From contig OZ242372.1 in NCBI GenBank assembly GCA_965209035.1, positions 2,114,279 to 2,178,278 on the forward strand: DNA of 64,000 bases, given 5' to 3'. Positions 61,329 to 64,000 of this stretch are shown here, piece after piece. Position numbers and translations under genes: made by a program. A model generated the notes under the pieces. It ran no database searches and was not told where the DNA came from. It saw only the letters and a program-made list of their open reading frames with translations. This DNA is from Gammaproteobacteria bacterium (GTDB lineage Bacteria; Pseudomonadota; Gammaproteobacteria; CBDBNL01; JAAOII01). Numbering within the stretch: position 1 is the first letter of the stretch; each line of letters begins with the position of its first letter.

Positions 61329-63314
61329 CTTGACTTCGGAAACTTCTTAAAAAACCCTGTTTTTATAAGGGTTTGCGGGCCGTTTTTATACACTATGAGC
61401 CCTTGCGACTTTGCTTCTTGCGCTTAGTGTTTGTGATCCAACAGAGCAGGTTGTTTGGGTTTTAGTTGAACGGCTTGTAAAATGCGTTGCTGTCCCGGGG
61501 TGAGTTGGTGTGGGCTGCTGTAATAGTTGCCAACGGGATTGCGTTGGATAGTTGCTTTGAAGTTGCGCAGTTCTTTGAGGATCTTCTTGGTGGTGACGAT
61601 TTCCTCGGTCTTGTTTTTTTGCGGCGGCTGCGGTCGGGCATCTAGATCGGTGAACGGCAGCATTTCGGTGGTCCACACGGTGGTGGGTGCGGGCTTTTGT
61701 TGGCGGAGGACATACCGCAAGCGGCGGATGGCGGCAAACGCCAGATAGCAGAGGGCGAAATGGGCGCGGATGCGCTCGGGTTTCCAATGGAAGGTCGGGC
61801 GGATTTGCAGATCACTTTTAAGATCCCGGAAGCCGTGTTCAATGGCATACAGTTGTTTGTAGTAAGTGTAGGCGGTTTGGTAGTCAATATTGGGCGAGGC
61901 CTGCACGCCATAGAGACCGATTTCTTGCATCGCCCGGTTGATGGCTGTGGGGTTCAGTGTGGTGATGCCGTTGTTGGATAAGAACTTACGGATATCGGGA
62001 CAGGCAATCCCCCGCAGAGCTTGGTGGTTGCGGCCGGTACTGTTTTTGGCCCGCTTCAAGGCCAGATGCAGCTGATGGAGATCGCGGCGGGCGCGCTTGG
62101 AGGAGAAGTTGGCATAATAATTGCGTGCCACCAGAGGGCGGTCGTTGTCGGCAAGTTGGGTGCGCGCGGGTGGTAGCAAGCCGATCTCAAAGATGCGGGC
62201 CCCGCCTTCAAAATCATAGTTGTAGACCGCCGTGCGGATCTCTTTGGGTAACTTGCGTGGCGAACAGGCCATGACAAACGCATGCCCGGCCGCCGTAATC
62301 GCCGCCAAGTTGTCTTCACTGAGGAGGCCGTTGTCAGCAATCACCACCGTCTTTTGGGCCCCCAGCCGCCGCTGCATCTCGTCCAAAGCCGGCAACAAGG
62401 TCGACACATCCGCGGTCTTACCGGTAAATAGTTTGTAGCCCAACGGCAAGCCACAAGGCGTCATCCACATCCCAAAGACCACCTGCGTCCGATGGGCTTT
62501 GCCGTCTTTGGACCAACCTCTGCAGCGGAAGTCATCCGCCTGCACCGATTCAAAATAAAAGGTCGTCGTGTCATACAGCAACAGCTGCACCGTCTTTTGG
62601 TTAAGTAATGCCAAATTGGAACGTGCCACCCGCATCTGAATGCGCTCAATCTCGGCATCATCCAAATGATCCATCGCTTTGTACATGCTGTCCTCAGACC
62701 AGTGGATCCCATATTCTTCTTCCAACAGCTGCGACAATTGCCGTTTACTAATCCGCTCGGCCGTCAGCCGCCCCCAACTGAGCACCCGCAAACAGGCATT
62801 CAGCCGTTGGCGCCGCGGTGCCACCAACGTATCCAAGCCCATGGACGCAAATAATTTCTCCATGACATAGGGCAGACCGTAACTGCGCGCACCTAAAGTT
62901 CTTAAGGCCGAAAGTGCCCCCGGTCCATCGTCATCCACCCGGTCGTTGCGCCGGATAGCATGGCCACGACCACAGCCCACCACCTTTTGATGTTTTGTTA
63001 AAAACGCATTCAGTGAGGTGCTTTGTCTTAATTCCTTCTCCAAGCGGCGGCAGCGTTGCTCCATCTCGGCCCGCACCACCGCATATTCCGCACTGTCGGC
63101 TTCCACCGGTTGGCTGGTATACAGAGTCATATTGTTCGGCTGCTTGTGCTTGGACCGATAAAAAGAAAAAACCACGGACAGAACCTGCCCGTTTTTTCGA
63201 GTGAATTCGCGAATATACATATTATGCTTTTAATTATACACTATTAAAGATCCTAAAAAAACCTTGAAAATACAAGGTTTTTTAAAAATATAATAATTTC
63301 TTTCCGAAGTCAAG
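61329..63314 (-). mobile_element. IS1634-family insertion sequence, 1986 bp
   Basis: Perfect 14-bp terminal inverted repeats CTTGACTTCGGAAA (61329-61342) / TTTCCGAAGTCAAG (63301-63314); single transposase; visibly more GC-rich than the flanks. Confidence 0.93.
61424..63220 (-). CDS. IS1634-family DDE transposase
   Basis: YKAMD.L, LYDTTTFYFES, GWSKDGK...QVV.G, VIADNGL, IEHGFRDLKSDLQIRPTFHWKPERIRAHFALCYLAF. Confidence 0.93.
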   Translation of the reverse strand: MYIREFTRKNGQVLSVVFSFYRSKHKQPNNMTLYTSQPVEADSAEYAVVRAEMEQRCRRLEKELRQSTSLNAFLTKHQKVVGCGRGHAIRRNDRVDDDGPGALSALRTLGARSYGLPYVMEKLFASMGLDTLVAPRRQRLNACLRVLSWGRLTAERISKRQLSQLLEEEYGIHWSEDSMYKAMDHLDDAEIERIQMRVARSNLALLNQKTVQLLLYDTTTFYFESVQADDFRCRGWSKDGKAHRTQVVFGMWMTPCGLPLGYKLFTGKTADVSTLLPALDEMQRRLGAQKTVVIADNGLLSEDNLAAITAAGHAFVMACSPRKLPKEIRTAVYNYDFEGGARIFEIGLLPPARTQLADNDRPLVARNYYANFSSKRARRDLHQLHLALKRAKNSTGRNHQALRGIACPDIRKFLSNNGITTLNPTAINRAMQEIGLYGVQASPNIDYQTAYTYYKQLYAIEHGFRDLKSDLQIRPTFHWKPERIRAHFALCYLAFAAIRRLRYVLRQQKPAPTTVWTTEMLPFTDLDARPQPPQKNKTEEIVTTKKILKELRNFKATIQRNPVGNYYSSPHQLTPGQQRILQAVQLKPKQPALLDHKH

Positions 63315-63847
63315 TTATAAACAAAGTTGAATCGGTTTCGTCAACCCTTGGAGAATATTACTTGCTCCGTGTTCGCATGCCATGGGATGGACATACTCCT
63401 TATAACAAAGAATTGTTGAAGAAAAAAATAATGGATTGGGAAATGGTGCATAGAAATAGGGCTGCTCAGGGCATAGGGAGAGGGCAGAAAGAAGCTATTG
63501 CGTTCGGGAATCAACAGTCTTACGATACTTTGCAAGATTGGACCTATGGCGAAGGTCTGCGTGAACAATTGCTAAAAATCTTTCCCCGGGGAAGTAATGT
63601 ATATATCATGTCCAATCTTTGGAAGCCGTTTGATGAAGATTACTTCGGTCCCTTGCGTCGTTCGTTCAAAGTGTATCGCTACTATGATTTCCCGGAACTT
63701 GTCCAATTAGCGGAGGGTGAGAAATGCAATACAGCACAGTTAAAATTAATTGAGATGCAACTTCAAGAACAGAGCATAGACAGTTTGACTTTGGATTATC
63801 TCAGACCGATTACGACCTGTCTAAATATGCAATCTCGTTTTAATTAA
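63315..63847 (+). pseudogene. duplicated 3' half of the 60140 gene (5'-truncated)
   Basis: ORF 63362-63847 matches the C-terminal ~160 aa of 60140; produced by the duplication. Confidence 0.9.
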
Positions 63848-63875
63848 CGGCGGGGTATATCCCGGGTTCGGGTCT
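63315..63875 (+). repeat. 561-bp direct repeat, right copy (putative target-site duplication)
   Basis: Starts at the base after the IS end; offset 2547 from the left copy; flanking bases differ on both sides. Confidence 0.95.
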
Positions 63876-63934
63876 GTTTTATTGTTACCGGAGTTTCATT
63901 AAACTTATCCTGCTCCAATAAACTAGACATCGAA

Positions 63935-64000
63935 ATGACTAACAAAACATACCTTTGTTATATCTTTAACAATTATCGTTTGCTTTTTCCTCCTTACGGA
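63935..64000 (+). CDS. family-X protein, array copy 3, 5' end (runs off window)
   Basis: ATG 63935 reads MTNKTYLCYIFNNYRLLFPPYG versus MTNKTYLCHIF at 60140; upstream spacer homologous to 60047-60139. Confidence 0.8.
   Translation, partial: MTNKTYLCYIFNNYRLLFPPYG

Noticed and set aside
63362-63847. Independent 161-aa gene
   Set aside because: It is the duplicated 3' part of gene 60140 inside the direct repeat and lacks the N-terminal half.
58928-64000. Paralogue array as an integron cassette array or diversity-generating retroelement
   Set aside because: No attC-like sites, integron integrase or reverse transcriptase; the 561-bp copies are identical, with no adenine-specific mismatches.

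Overview
64-kb chromosomal window of a proteobacterium, most likely a gammaproteobacterium (lpxC, kdsA, hscBA, trmJ-cysE, dnaX-ybaB-recR). A host-associated lifestyle is inferred, not shown. Housekeeping blocks (cysS-folD-pgeF-rluD, dnaX-ybaB-recR-map, rplM-rpsI, pyrG-kdsA-eno, tRNA-Gly, recG, hscBA) alternate with a galactoside-utilisation cluster, two modular repeat lipoproteins, and AT-rich surface-glycan genes (GT2, GT10, GT11, KpsS-like, FkbM, and an expanded uncharacterised GT-B/fucosyltransferase-like family, called family X here). The main signal is an intact IS1634-family element (61329-63314, 14-bp terminal inverted repeats) flanked by an apparently identical 561-bp direct repeat. 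A 17-bp relic of the same IS end lies 50 kb away (11351-11367), exactly at the junction of an older, multi-gene tandem duplication in the glycan locus. The two copies of that duplication lost genes reciprocally, which changed the gene order. Together these suggest that an IS making very long target-site duplications acts as a gene-duplication and gene-shuffling engine on the surface-glycan genes. All alignments were done by eye and no database searches were run.
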